A stretch of DNA of 64,000 nucleotides from Bdellovibrionales bacterium (GTDB lineage: Bacteria; Bdellovibrionota; Bdellovibrionia; Bdellovibrionales; UBA1609), in contig DAHVQG010000002.1 of the NCBI GenBank assembly GCA_027317865.1, positions 32,001-96,000 on the forward strand, in the 5' to 3' direction. The position numbers were made by a program, and so were the translations under genes. The notes beneath the pieces were generated by a model. The model saw only the letters and a program-made list of their open reading frames with translations, made no database searches and was not told the DNA's origin. Positions 39,510 to 48,939 of this stretch are shown here, one piece after another (positions within the stretch are counted from its first letter, which is position 1; each line of letters starts with the position of its first letter).

Positions 39510-40352
39510 TTACCTGATTCCCGCAATTTTGTAGTAAAACCGAATTACGTTGGTCATAAAAAAGTTCATAACAATGATCAGCACCATGCTGTATACGACG
39601 CCGCTGTTTGTCGCTTCGCCTACTCCTTTTGCTCCGCCTTTTGTCGTAAAGCCGCGATACGTGCATACAGTGGCAAAAATCAAACCAAAAACTGCGGCCT
39701 TCAAAAGCCCTTCGTAGATGTCGCGCGGGTGAAGCCATGCCTGAATCTTGTCGAAGAAAATCGCGCTCTCAACGCCCAATACTTTTACGCACAAAAGATA
39801 GGCGCCAGCCATTGCGACAAAATCAAAAATGGCGCACAAAAGTGGCATGGCCACCAGAGCCGCAACAATCCGCGGTGAAACAAGATATTGAACGGGGTTA
39901 ATCCCCATAACTTCAAGTGCGTCAATTTGCTCGGAAACACGCATCGTACCAATTCTTGCAGACATGGCCCCGCCGGCGCGCGCCGCCACAATGAGTCCGG
40001 TAAGCACGGGCCCCAACTCACGGCTAATGCCAAGCGCCACCGTGGGACTCACAAGATTTGTCATATTCACCAAGTCAAAACCTAAAAATATTTGGTAAGC
40101 AAGCGCCATACCTGTAAATGCGCCGGTGAGAACAATGATCATCACCGATTCATTGCCGATAAACTCCATGTGTTTAATAAACTCACCGAAACGGGTTGGC
40201 TTTGCAAAAACAAGCTTGACCGCTTGAATGAAAAAAAGAACGGTTTTACCCGTCGCCACAAAAAAGTCATAGACGATTCTCCAGATACCGATAAAAAAAT
40301 CGTCTATTTGCTCGTTGACTTGATTTCGAATTTTCATCCAAGCATCAAACAT
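39510..40352 (-). CDS. mlaE: MlaE-type ABC permease
   Basis: RELGPVLTG...RIGTMRVSEQIDALEVMGINP...PR, GGAKGVG. Confidence 0.93.
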   Translation of the reverse strand: MFDAWMKIRNQVNEQIDDFFIGIWRIVYDFFVATGKTVLFFIQAVKLVFAKPTRFGEFIKHMEFIGNESVMIIVLTGAFTGMALAYQIFLGFDLVNMTNLVSPTVALGISRELGPVLTGLIVAARAGGAMSARIGTMRVSEQIDALEVMGINPVQYLVSPRIVAALVAMPLLCAIFDFVAMAGAYLLCVKVLGVESAIFFDKIQAWLHPRDIYEGLLKAAVFGLIFATVCTYRGFTTKGGAKGVGEATNSGVVYSMVLIIVMNFFMTNVIRFYYKIAGIR

Positions 40353-40364
40353 TTTTCATTTCTT

Positions 40365-41615
40365 TCATACATACACGCGCGGCACTCGCGCACTAAAGTT
40401 CGTCAATACTTCATACGGGATTGTCCCTGCTGCTTCGGCCAGTTCCAGTGCGGTAACTTGAGCGGCATGAACGCCCGACTCTTGCCGGCCGAGTACGACG
40501 ATTTCGTCGCCAACTAACGGTGCAACGTCGGTCAGGTCGACCATCGAAAAATCCATACAAACGGTACCGGCCACGGGCACGCACTGGCCGCGAAAGACCA
40601 TTTTAGATTTTGTTGAAAGCCGCCGCATGTAACCGTCAGCATATCCGATGGGTACAACACCGATCGTTGAATCGCGATTCACTTGATAGCGCCCACCATA
40701 AGAAACCGTCTCGCCTTTTGCAAGGTTTTGGATATGAACGATTTCGCTTACGACACGCATAACAGGACGCAAATCAATTGCCTCATAAACTGATTTTAAA
40801 TTGTCACTCAACCCGTTAACGGGCGCTACAATACCATAGAGTGAAATTCCGGGTCTCGCTCCCCAATGCGTAAGGGTCGAGTGCGTCACATTTTGACGTA
40901 TGTCATTCGACTCTAAAAATCTTGCCAAAAGTGCTGAGCTATTGAGCACGTGTGCCTTAACCTCGTCACTTTTAAACGATTCAAATATTTTAGAAAAAAT
41001 CTGCAACTGTTTTGCCGTTCGGCCATTTTTTTGTAAAGCGTCGTCGCCCGACAAAAGATGCGTACAGACTCCCTTAAGAACCAGTTTCGGGTTTAAGACT
41101 CTAGCGCCGGCGCCGGGTGACGAAATTTGCGTTTGCGAAAAATAATCGCGCAGTTTGTTGACTTCACCAGGTGCAAAACCGAGACGATTCATTCCCGTGT
41201 TGAACTTCAGGTGAACGTTTACGGATGCTCCGAGCGCGCCCCGCGCCGTCTGTTTTTGAACCGCAGCCTCAAGCGCGCGCAGCGCCTCCCACGAACTTAC
41301 GACAGGAGTGAGCTCATGGCGCACAACTGCGTCGGCCGAAGCGCGATCAACAAAGGGGCCAAATACGAGGAGATCGACCATAATACCACTTTCACGCAAA
41401 CGAACAGCCTCCTCGACAAGCGCGACCCCGAAATGCTCGGCGCCTTCGTTAATCAGCTCACGCGCCACTTCAACATCACCGTGGCCATAGGCGTTGGCCT
41501 TAATCATTGGGCAAAAAAAATCTTCCCGACTTACCATCGCACGCAAAACACGGTAATTGTGTCGAACATTTTTCAAACTGATTTCAGCGCGCAACGGGCG
41601 GAGTATTTCTTTCAT
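40365..41615 (-). CDS. alr: Alanine racemase
   Basis: KANAYGHG, NTGMNRLG, RPGISLYG, VSYGG, GYADG, GTVCMD, GTIPYE. Confidence 0.96.
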   Translation of the reverse strand: MKEILRPLRAEISLKNVRHNYRVLRAMVSREDFFCPMIKANAYGHGDVEVARELINEGAEHFGVALVEEAVRLRESGIMVDLLVFGPFVDRASADAVVRHELTPVVSSWEALRALEAAVQKQTARGALGASVNVHLKFNTGMNRLGFAPGEVNKLRDYFSQTQISSPGAGARVLNPKLVLKGVCTHLLSGDDALQKNGRTAKQLQIFSKIFESFKSDEVKAHVLNSSALLARFLESNDIRQNVTHSTLTHWGARPGISLYGIVAPVNGLSDNLKSVYEAIDLRPVMRVVSEIVHIQNLAKGETVSYGGRYQVNRDSTIGVVPIGYADGYMRRLSTKSKMVFRGQCVPVAGTVCMDFSMVDLTDVAPLVGDEIVVLGRQESGVHAAQVTALELAEAAGTIPYEVLTNFSARVPRVYV

Positions 41616-42642
41616 TATTCACCAAAAAATCGGGCGTAAATCGAGGTGGCGTATTTGCAACTCCAACATGATCGGCGCCTTGCTTTTTGACCTCAATCAA
41701 AGCCCGCTCAGCCGAGCGCAACAGTTCTTCGGCGCCGTCGCTCAAACTTGGATATTCGCTGACACTTACTTGAACTGAAACCTTACCGACACTCCCCAAA
41801 ATGGCCTTAAATTTAGACGTCACAAAAATTCGCCTCATTCTTTCAGCCACGATCATCGCCCCTGATTGCGAAGTGTGCGGCAAACAAACGACAAATAAAT
41901 CGCGGGCGATTCTGCCGACCAGGTCATTAGTGCGGGTCAATTTATGCAGTATTTCGGCTATCGATTTGACAAAGTGCCGAACCGTTTCTGGAGGCACCTC
42001 GAGGGTCAAATCGTAAAAACGATCAACGGAAATAAAAACAAGTGAAACCGGCTTCTTAATTCGACGTGCGCGCGAAACCTCTTGCTCCAATTTTTGCCGA
42101 AAATAACCGGCGTTTAAAGCTTCGCAGTCGAGGTCGTAAATGGAAGTCCTGGCGAGTTTTTCTTGCAGCGATAAAACATGGCATCGCTGATTGGCAAATT
42201 TTTGCGCTAGTTGCATCTCGTAAGCGGCCGTACCGTATGAATCTTGATTTTCATGGCCGGCCAAATTTTGATTATCATTTGTCGCAAATACGAAAACACC
42301 CTGGGGGAGGTTGCCGTTTAACAGCGGTAAAATGAGTGCGTCTTTTCGGCATAGACCTTCGTTCACAAAATTTTGCAATGAGCTCAAGCGCCAAGGCTCT
42401 AAAAGTTGATCGGAATAGAAGCCGGGTTCTAGCGCCTGCAGGTCCAGCCCGACACCGTCGATGTAATTCGCTTCTAGGCCGATCGCCGATTCGGCAATCA
42501 GCGACCGTTTCGATTCGACGTATTTAAAATACACTGCGAGATCAGTACGCAGTTTCCGAACCCCCTCGCACAAAAATAACTGGATAAGTTCGTCTTGAGA
42601 AGTTGCCCTATTAGCCGTGCTAAAAAAATCGTCAAGGTTCAA
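41584..42642 (-). CDS. GAF-like plus degenerate GGDEF protein (putative c-di-GMP receptor)
   Basis: EVSRARR..PVSLVFISVDRF...RTNDLVGRIARDLFVVCLP...AERMR. GGDEF is replaced by ARDLF and the RxxD I-site is intact. Confidence 0.85.
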   Translation of the reverse strand: MNLDDFFSTANRATSQDELIQLFLCEGVRKLRTDLAVYFKYVESKRSLIAESAIGLEANYIDGVGLDLQALEPGFYSDQLLEPWRLSSLQNFVNEGLCRKDALILPLLNGNLPQGVFVFATNDNQNLAGHENQDSYGTAAYEMQLAQKFANQRCHVLSLQEKLARTSIYDLDCEALNAGYFRQKLEQEVSRARRIKKPVSLVFISVDRFYDLTLEVPPETVRHFVKSIAEILHKLTRTNDLVGRIARDLFVVCLPHTSQSGAMIVAERMRRIFVTSKFKAILGSVGKVSVQVSVSEYPSLSDGAEELLRSAERALIEVKKQGADHVGVANTPPRFTPDFLVNNERNTPPVAR

Positions 42643-44492
42643 TCGTCACCTCGAACTTTTGCCTGTGGCATCTGTATAACGGACTCGTCTTTTGAATTTT
42701 CTGAAGCCGCCGAATCGCTTTCATCTGGCGACGGCGGTAGTATTTGGGCAATATCAGGCGGTACCGCTTTTGATTTTAGTTCCGCCGGCGTTTCACTTAT
42801 TGCCGCTGGAATTTTACATACTATTTGAAATCCATTGTAGCTGACTGGTTCTACCGTTACTTCGCCGTTCATTTCGTTAATCCGCGCACGCGCCAGAGCG
42901 AGGTCGAGCCCGCCTTTTTTGTTTGCCTTAATTTGAAACGGCGCAAACAATTTACGGCGAATTTCCGGAGTCAACTCCCGCCCACAAGCTTCGATACGAA
43001 ATTGGGCCATTCCTCCGAGTTTTTGCGCACTAAGCTTGAGCCGGCGATCGCTATCAGGAGACGAGTCGCTCAAATATTCACCGGCAAAGCCGAGCAGAGT
43101 CGCAAATGCCGATTTCAAACGCGTGAAATCCGCTTTCACGCGCAAATCAGGTTGAAAATTATCCTCAATTTGCACGCTTTGTTTCGTCAATGCCGGCTTT
43201 TTCACGGCGATCACAGCATTCAGAAGGCCCGACAAGTCGATGGCATCCAGCTTCAGCTCACTCGAGCGCGTCTCGCGTCCGAGAAACTCAACAAATTCAC
43301 GAACGGATTTTACAATGTCGCTCAACTGCCGATGTGTATTAACGGCTTTAATACTTGGAGTAGACCCCGTTAGATGCGACTCGAGCACCTGCAAATATCC
43401 GGACATGGCAATCACGGGACCGCGTAAGAAATCGACAATTCCGCGCAAGAGGTCGTCTTGATCCAAGAGTGAATCCGCCGTTTTTTGTTGGGTCGGAGCT
43501 TCAACCCGGCTTTGGGTTTCGGCCTTGGTGTTCGCTTCAACAACGGCAGCCGCCTTCGTTTTTGCCAAACGGAGCTTCTCCTTCAACAGTGCCCGCTCGC
43601 GACGTTCAAACCCTAAGACCATAGCTGCAATCAACGCGAGCAGCAGCGCCGCCACAGCTGCAATTTCAAATGCCGGTAAAAACGCCGGTGCTAGAATATC
43701 GATCCAATCAGGCAATGTTCTTGTGGCGACAACGTACAAATTGCTGTTTGGTACATGTTCATAACCGCCAATAGCCTTTTTATAGCCAATCGAAAATGTT
43801 TCGATTTTTTCTGCCGACGGCGCCGCAATCATATCAGCGACGACAGGATGAGCGTTTATGTCCGAACCGACGTATTGCACTTCTGGATAACCGACCGCAA
43901 TACCGGCTTGATTAACAACAAATAAATTGGAACGGCCGCTCGGGTCGGCAAAAGGCGCCAGCGCGAATAATCCGGGCCCGGCGAAACCGACAGCAATTCG
44001 ATTTTTCACTTTTGCGCCTGACACAACCCGCATTGGCACCGCGATGGCAAACAAAACTTGTTGGTTAGGCAACAGTAAGCGTTGCCAAAATACATCGCCC
44101 GGCTTCAGCGGGAATCCGCTCGACTGCTGCAAAACGTTTTGGGCCCAATCTTGAGTTATGTTGGGGACACGCGAACGCCACCAATTGATGTTCCAGTTGC
44201 CGTTCTCGTTAGGTGTCACTAGCGCCAAAGCGCGAAATTCGCTCGAAGCAAAAACTCGAGCGGGCGCCTGCGCATTCCACTCTTTGTTAATTAGGGCAGT
44301 GAGTTCGTCGCTCAAAGACCGGTTGAGTGCGACGCTCCATGAGCTAACGGCGTCCAGTAGATGGGTCACATCAACTCGCCGCGCGCTTCGCGTTTCGCTT
44401 GCAAATTTATTGGCTGCGATCCACCCGACTAATGTCGCCGTCACAAGCACGCCGACAAACAGAGTGACAATCAAAGGATGCCGAATTTTCAT
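42639..44492 (-). CDS. Cache-domain sensor with a degenerate histidine-kinase core
   Basis: TM-dCache-TM; H-box IVDFLRGP lacks His; N, G1 and G2 boxes degenerate (ATLLGFA, EACGRE, GGLDL); F-box LFAPF retained. Confidence 0.8.
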   Translation of the reverse strand: MKIRHPLIVTLFVGVLVTATLVGWIAANKFASETRSARRVDVTHLLDAVSSWSVALNRSLSDELTALINKEWNAQAPARVFASSEFRALALVTPNENGNWNINWWRSRVPNITQDWAQNVLQQSSGFPLKPGDVFWQRLLLPNQQVLFAIAVPMRVVSGAKVKNRIAVGFAGPGLFALAPFADPSGRSNLFVVNQAGIAVGYPEVQYVGSDINAHPVVADMIAAPSAEKIETFSIGYKKAIGGYEHVPNSNLYVVATRTLPDWIDILAPAFLPAFEIAAVAALLLALIAAMVLGFERRERALLKEKLRLAKTKAAAVVEANTKAETQSRVEAPTQQKTADSLLDQDDLLRGIVDFLRGPVIAMSGYLQVLESHLTGSTPSIKAVNTHRQLSDIVKSVREFVEFLGRETRSSELKLDAIDLSGLLNAVIAVKKPALTKQSVQIEDNFQPDLRVKADFTRLKSAFATLLGFAGEYLSDSSPDSDRRLKLSAQKLGGMAQFRIEACGRELTPEIRRKLFAPFQIKANKKGGLDLALARARINEMNGEVTVEPVSYNGFQIVCKIPAAISETPAELKSKAVPPDIAQILPPSPDESDSAASENSKDESVIQMPQAKVRGDD

Positions 44493-44649
44493 GATTCCCT
44501 TCTAGCAAAGCCAAGGCCCATCTAATTTTAAAGAGAGAACTGCTATTGCGGCAAGTTGCGAGCTGTAACAATTGCCTCCTCTTGACCGTGTGCGTCTCTT
44601 GGGCGCATAAGAAATCCGTCACAAACGAACAACACTCGCGGGGGAGCGC

Positions 44650-46272
44650 ATGAACTCGCATTCACAATACGAACATTTTGATTTTTTAGTGATTGGATCT
44701 GGACTCGCAGGACTCGTTTTCGCTCTGAAAGCGGCGAATACGGGGCGAGTTCTGGTTATTAGCAAAACAAATCTTGAACTTTCAAATACCGAAAAGGCTC
44801 AAGGCGGAATCGCCGCTGTCATGAGCGATGTCCCAGACGATAGTCTAGAAAAACACACGCAAGATACGCTTGTCGCCGGCGCCGGTCTTTGCGACGAAAA
44901 TGTAGTTCGCCACGTTGTCACTCAAGCCGCGAGCCGAATCCGCGATTTACAAGACTGGGGCGTTCAGTTTGATTTGGATAATAATCACAAGATCGCGCTG
45001 GGCCGCGAAGGGGGCCACACCGCACGACGGATTCTTCACGTTGCCGATCATACTGGGCTCGACATTCACCGCCAGGTGCTCGCACGAGTGCGCGCTAATC
45101 CCAACATCACACTCCGCGAAAATCACTTTGCAGTTGAACTGATCAGCCGACGCGAAGTCGACCCACATTACTTTGACCAAGATCAATGCCTTGGTGCTTA
45201 TATCCTTGATAAGAAAACAAATGAAGTTTATGTGCAAACGGCAAGCTACACGGTACTTGCGACTGGGGGCGCGGGTAAAGTTTATCTTTACACCTCAAAT
45301 TGGGAGGGTGCCACCGGCGATGGAATTGCGATGGCCCACCAACTCGGCGCGCGAGTCGCGAATATGGAATTCATGCAATTTCACCCGACATGCCTCTATC
45401 ACTCTAGCTCACGCAATTTTTTAATCTCTGAAGCATTGCGCGGCGAAGGCGGCGAGCTAATTAACGATAAAGGTGAAGCGTTCATGAAAAAGCATCACCC
45501 GCTCGGGAGTCTTGCCCCTCGTGACATTGTGGCACGCTCCATAGATGCCGAAATGAAAAAATCTGGTGCTGATTGTGTTTTTCTCGACATGACTCATAAA
45601 TCCGCCGAATTTTTGCGCGATCGATTTCCACAGATTTACAAACGTTGTTTTGAACTTGGCATCGATATGTCAAAAGAGCCAATTCCAGTTGTACCGGCGG
45701 CACATTACCTTTGCGGCGGCGTCAAGACGGATATTCACGGCCGAACTGACGTAGCCAACTTGTTTGCCGTTGGCGAAACCGCTTGCACCGGATTGCACGG
45801 TGCTAATCGCCTGGCTTCAAACTCGCTTCTTGAATGCCTTGTTTTTTCGCACAACGCCGCCGAATGGATTCGCGCCCACGATAATGACCGGATACGCAAC
45901 AAAGAGGTAATCGAACACGCCGCAATTCCCGACTGGAACGATCGCCAAAAAAGGCGGGATTTTAGTCCGCAAACCGGGCAAATTGAGGGACAAAATACAG
46001 ACGAACTCATTTTAGTTTCTCACATGTGGGATGAAATTCGCCGACTGATGTGGGCGTACGTCGGAATTGTTCGCACCAATCGCCGTCTCGAACGCGCGAA
46101 GCGTAGGCTTGCTAATATTTTGCAGGAGTTCGACGAATATTATTCGTCGTTTAAAACCAACGCCGACATTATTGAACTTCGCAATATTGCAACGGTTGCG
46201 AGCCTTACTGTCTCTCAGGCATTGGCGCGCAAAGAATCACGCGGAATACATTACAATTTAGATTATCCGTGA
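44650..46272 (+). CDS. nadB: L-aspartate oxidase
   Basis: GSGLAG, AQGGIAA, REGGH, QFHPT, LISEALRGEG, HYLCGG, GLHGANRLASNSLLEC, ESRGIHY. Confidence 0.96.
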   Translation: MNSHSQYEHFDFLVIGSGLAGLVFALKAANTGRVLVISKTNLELSNTEKAQGGIAAVMSDVPDDSLEKHTQDTLVAGAGLCDENVVRHVVTQAASRIRDLQDWGVQFDLDNNHKIALGREGGHTARRILHVADHTGLDIHRQVLARVRANPNITLRENHFAVELISRREVDPHYFDQDQCLGAYILDKKTNEVYVQTASYTVLATGGAGKVYLYTSNWEGATGDGIAMAHQLGARVANMEFMQFHPTCLYHSSSRNFLISEALRGEGGELINDKGEAFMKKHHPLGSLAPRDIVARSIDAEMKKSGADCVFLDMTHKSAEFLRDRFPQIYKRCFELGIDMSKEPIPVVPAAHYLCGGVKTDIHGRTDVANLFAVGETACTGLHGANRLASNSLLECLVFSHNAAEWIRAHDNDRIRNKEVIEHAAIPDWNDRQKRRDFSPQTGQIEGQNTDELILVSHMWDEIRRLMWAYVGIVRTNRRLERAKRRLANILQEFDEYYSSFKTNADIIELRNIATVASLTVSQALARKESRGIHYNLDYP

Positions 46273-46686
46273 TCAGTCATATTCGTCAGCTAAAGCCTCG
46301 CTTGTTTTTCGCCGCATAAAACGCATCATGCGCTTCAAATCGCTGCGACTTAGCGTCGGCCGTTTGCTGTTTGGGATCGTACCATGCGTAACTGAAGCGG
46401 GCGTTCGACCGTCATTGATTGTCCCAAAGGTATCAGACTTCTTTTGCATTAAAACGACTTTTTGGCGTCTTTGGTTTTTCGGTTGAATTTTGGGCGGCAA
46501 AGCTTGAACCGATGACGCCGGCAACGAAACGTAGTCAAAATTGACGAGTAGCAATCGCGTATGCGCGCGAACGTCGATTCTTTGGCGAGCGTATGACGAG
46601 ACGCTAAACAGTAAAAATGCGGCTAAAAATCCCGTTTCTAGAATAGAAATGGCGAATTTCTGCTTATAATCGTCCTGTGGCTTCAT
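46273..46686 (-). CDS. Small exported hypothetical protein
   Basis: Signal-like FLAAFLLFSVSSYA and an RTPAS motif. ATG 46686 is preferred because the ORF-track start lies inside a sigma-54 box. Confidence 0.55.
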   Translation of the reverse strand: MKPQDDYKQKFAISILETGFLAAFLLFSVSSYARQRIDVRAHTRLLLVNFDYVSLPASSVQALPPKIQPKNQRRQKVVLMQKKSDTFGTINDGRTPASVTHGTIPNSKRPTLSRSDLKRMMRFMRRKTSEALADEYD

Positions 46687-46723
46687 ACCTGAAAAGAAGT
46701 GCACGATGAGTGCCAAATGCGTA

Positions 46724-46739
46724 CGCAAAAATAGCGCCA
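46724..46739 (-). promoter_or_regulatory. Putative sigma-54 promoter
   Basis: Minus strand TGGCGCT-ATTT-TTGCG matches TGGCACG-N4-TTGC. Confidence 0.55.
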
Positions 46740-46799
46740 AACCGCTGAGTCTAAATGAGAATATCCGTTCTTTAGAGCGTCGATCTTTTGTTGTGTTGT

Positions 46800-47318
46800 T
46801 TAAAAGTCGTACATGAGTCCCAAATCAAATACCAAAATCGTGCCCGGTTGCGAACTCACGGTCATATCAAACCGTGCCAATACGCTCGGCGTGATTTTGG
46901 TTAAAACACTTCCCGTAAAATACTCACCTAAAACAGTTTTGGCCCCCGTCACCATATCAGAGGTATATCGTGTTATATTGAGACCGATGCCCGTACCAAG
47001 TTCCAACGATTGAACGGGAATCTGCAAGCTGACTCCGCCGGCGACCTGTTGTAACGAAACTGCGCCGCCGTTGCCCGACGTATACGTCCCGTCAAAATAT
47101 CCTCCATGCGATGCGCTTGTTGGCATGGGAGCAGACAGGCGCAGACCCCAAATCGTAAAAATGTTGTCTTGATTTGAAACGTCGTGAGGTAAAGCTCGCC
47201 CGTAAAATGCGCCAAATTGCCAGGAGTCGGCTTGACCGCCCGCTGACTGCGCAAAGGCTTTACCGGCAATGACTAAAAGAAAAGACAGAAATAAAACCAA
47301 AGTTGCGGTTCTGTACAA
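46800..47318 (-). CDS. Small outer-membrane beta-barrel protein
   Basis: TTG start after GAGG, signal peptide AFA, amphipathic strands, C-terminal DLGLMYDF. Confidence 0.7.
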   Translation of the reverse strand: MYRTATLVLFLSFLLVIAGKAFAQSAGGQADSWQFGAFYGRALPHDVSNQDNIFTIWGLRLSAPMPTSASHGGYFDGTYTSGNGGAVSLQQVAGGVSLQIPVQSLELGTGIGLNITRYTSDMVTGAKTVLGEYFTGSVLTKITPSVLARFDMTVSSQPGTILVFDLGLMYDF

Positions 47319-47387
47319 CGAATTACCTCTCTGTGTCTCAACTGTTTTGTTGAATGCCACACTGTCATGGCCTAGGATATCCGTATC

Positions 47388-48287
47388 ATGATCGAAAGGC
47401 TAGAGGGCACATTGCGGGGGTACCAAGACGTCGAGCTGTATTACCAGCTGTGGCGCCCCGGCGAAGACGAAAACATCGGCAGTTCACGCGGTCATTCGCC
47501 TTCAGCTGCGACCATCGTCGTGACTCACGGAATTGCCGAGCACTCTGACTGTTACGAGCGATTTGCTGAAGCCGTTACCAAACAAGGCTACACCGTATTC
47601 GCCTGGGATTTACGCGGGCATGGCCACTCCGACGGTAAACGCGGCTACGTTAACCGCTTTGAAGATTTCAGCGACGATCTTGAAGCCGTCACGCGATTTG
47701 TGAAATCCGAATTTTGGGATAAAAATACCCCGCTTTTTCTATTCGGCCACTCGATGGGCGGTCTTATCACCCTCAAACTTTTACTTGATCACTCGCCTTC
47801 CGATTTTTATGGTTTGATTTTGAGTTCACCGGCACTCGGCTTATCTCTAGAAGTGCCAAAAGTTAAAGAGTTAGCCGCTCACTGGCTTTCGGAGTGGCTC
47901 CCAAAAGTTACACTTTATAATGAAATTAAATTCGACGATCTTGTTCGTGATCAAAATTTAGTGAGGCAATACAGGGCCGATCCGCTCCGTCACAATCGAA
48001 TTTCCCCGCGGCTATTTCTTGGACTGATGCAAACAATGGAAGAAGTAAAACGCGACGCCGGTAAAATTCAAATGCCGACACTAATGCAGTTGGCCGGCCG
48101 GGAGAAACTCGTAAGCACGTCCGTTTCTGAAGCGTTTTTTGAGAATTTGGGAGCAAAGAAAAAAGAACTTTACATCTACGCCGACAGCTTTCACGAAATT
48201 TACAACGACCTGGACCGAGATGACGTTTTTCGCGATTTATTTCGATTTTTAGAAAAATCGGCGCGGGAATTTAAAAACGGAGCTTAA
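47388..48287 (+). CDS. Lysophospholipase / monoacylglycerol lipase (alpha/beta hydrolase)
   Basis: THGIAEH, DLRGHGHSDGKRG, GHSMGG, FHEIYN. Confidence 0.92.
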   Translation: MIERLEGTLRGYQDVELYYQLWRPGEDENIGSSRGHSPSAATIVVTHGIAEHSDCYERFAEAVTKQGYTVFAWDLRGHGHSDGKRGYVNRFEDFSDDLEAVTRFVKSEFWDKNTPLFLFGHSMGGLITLKLLLDHSPSDFYGLILSSPALGLSLEVPKVKELAAHWLSEWLPKVTLYNEIKFDDLVRDQNLVRQYRADPLRHNRISPRLFLGLMQTMEEVKRDAGKIQMPTLMQLAGREKLVSTSVSEAFFENLGAKKKELYIYADSFHEIYNDLDRDDVFRDLFRFLEKSAREFKNGA

Positions 48288-48291
48288 ACCA

Positions 48292-48927
48292 ATGAAGTTT
48301 AATCGGATTTGTTGCGCGATTGTTGCAAGTTTTGTTTGTACAACATTGGCCGCCTGCGTGCAGGCTCCGATAAATGATACCACTAATCACTCGCGACTAG
48401 ACAACGCCGAATACGACCAGCTTATTAATCAGTATACCCGGCATGAGGAACAGTATAAAGGGTTTAACCAACGTTTTGACGTTTATGCGACGATTTTGAC
48501 GAATGCCGTACAGGCGGCGATATTAAAACAACGCGGCCGCATTTACGAATGGACCCCCTCTCAGGCGCAAGATGCGCGCAACAGAATGTTTCAAAAAAAT
48601 AGCACTGAAACTCAATTTGCGGTCAGCTTTTTTGTTCCGAATTTACAATTAAACGACCTCAATCGCGCAAACAGCATTTGGCGAATCTACCTCGACGCCG
48701 GCGGCAAACGATACATTGGCCACGCGCGAAAGCGTGAAGAGCCGCTTGAAACCATACAGTCGATGTTCCCGTACGATACGAGATTTCATAAGGCTTACGT
48801 CGTAACTTTTAATGTCCCGCTTGCCATTATTGAAAATCAGACGGCCACGTTGATTTTTGCAAGTGCGCAAGGTCTCGCTCGTTTAAGATTTATGCCGCCG
48901 CCTAATCCGCAGATAAATAATTATTAG
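48292..48927 (+). CDS. Hypothetical lipoprotein
   Basis: Lipobox LAAC, 4 nt after the upstream stop. Confidence 0.75.
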   Translation: MKFNRICCAIVASFVCTTLAACVQAPINDTTNHSRLDNAEYDQLINQYTRHEEQYKGFNQRFDVYATILTNAVQAAILKQRGRIYEWTPSQAQDARNRMFQKNSTETQFAVSFFVPNLQLNDLNRANSIWRIYLDAGGKRYIGHARKREEPLETIQSMFPYDTRFHKAYVVTFNVPLAIIENQTATLIFASAQGLARLRFMPPPNPQINNY

Positions 48928-48939
48928 TTGTGATGCAAA

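Noticed and set aside
42825-43373. 182-aa plus-strand ORF inside the pseudo-kinase
   Set aside because: It is an antisense shadow. The minus-strand frame is intact, so the kinase degeneracy is not due to a frameshift.
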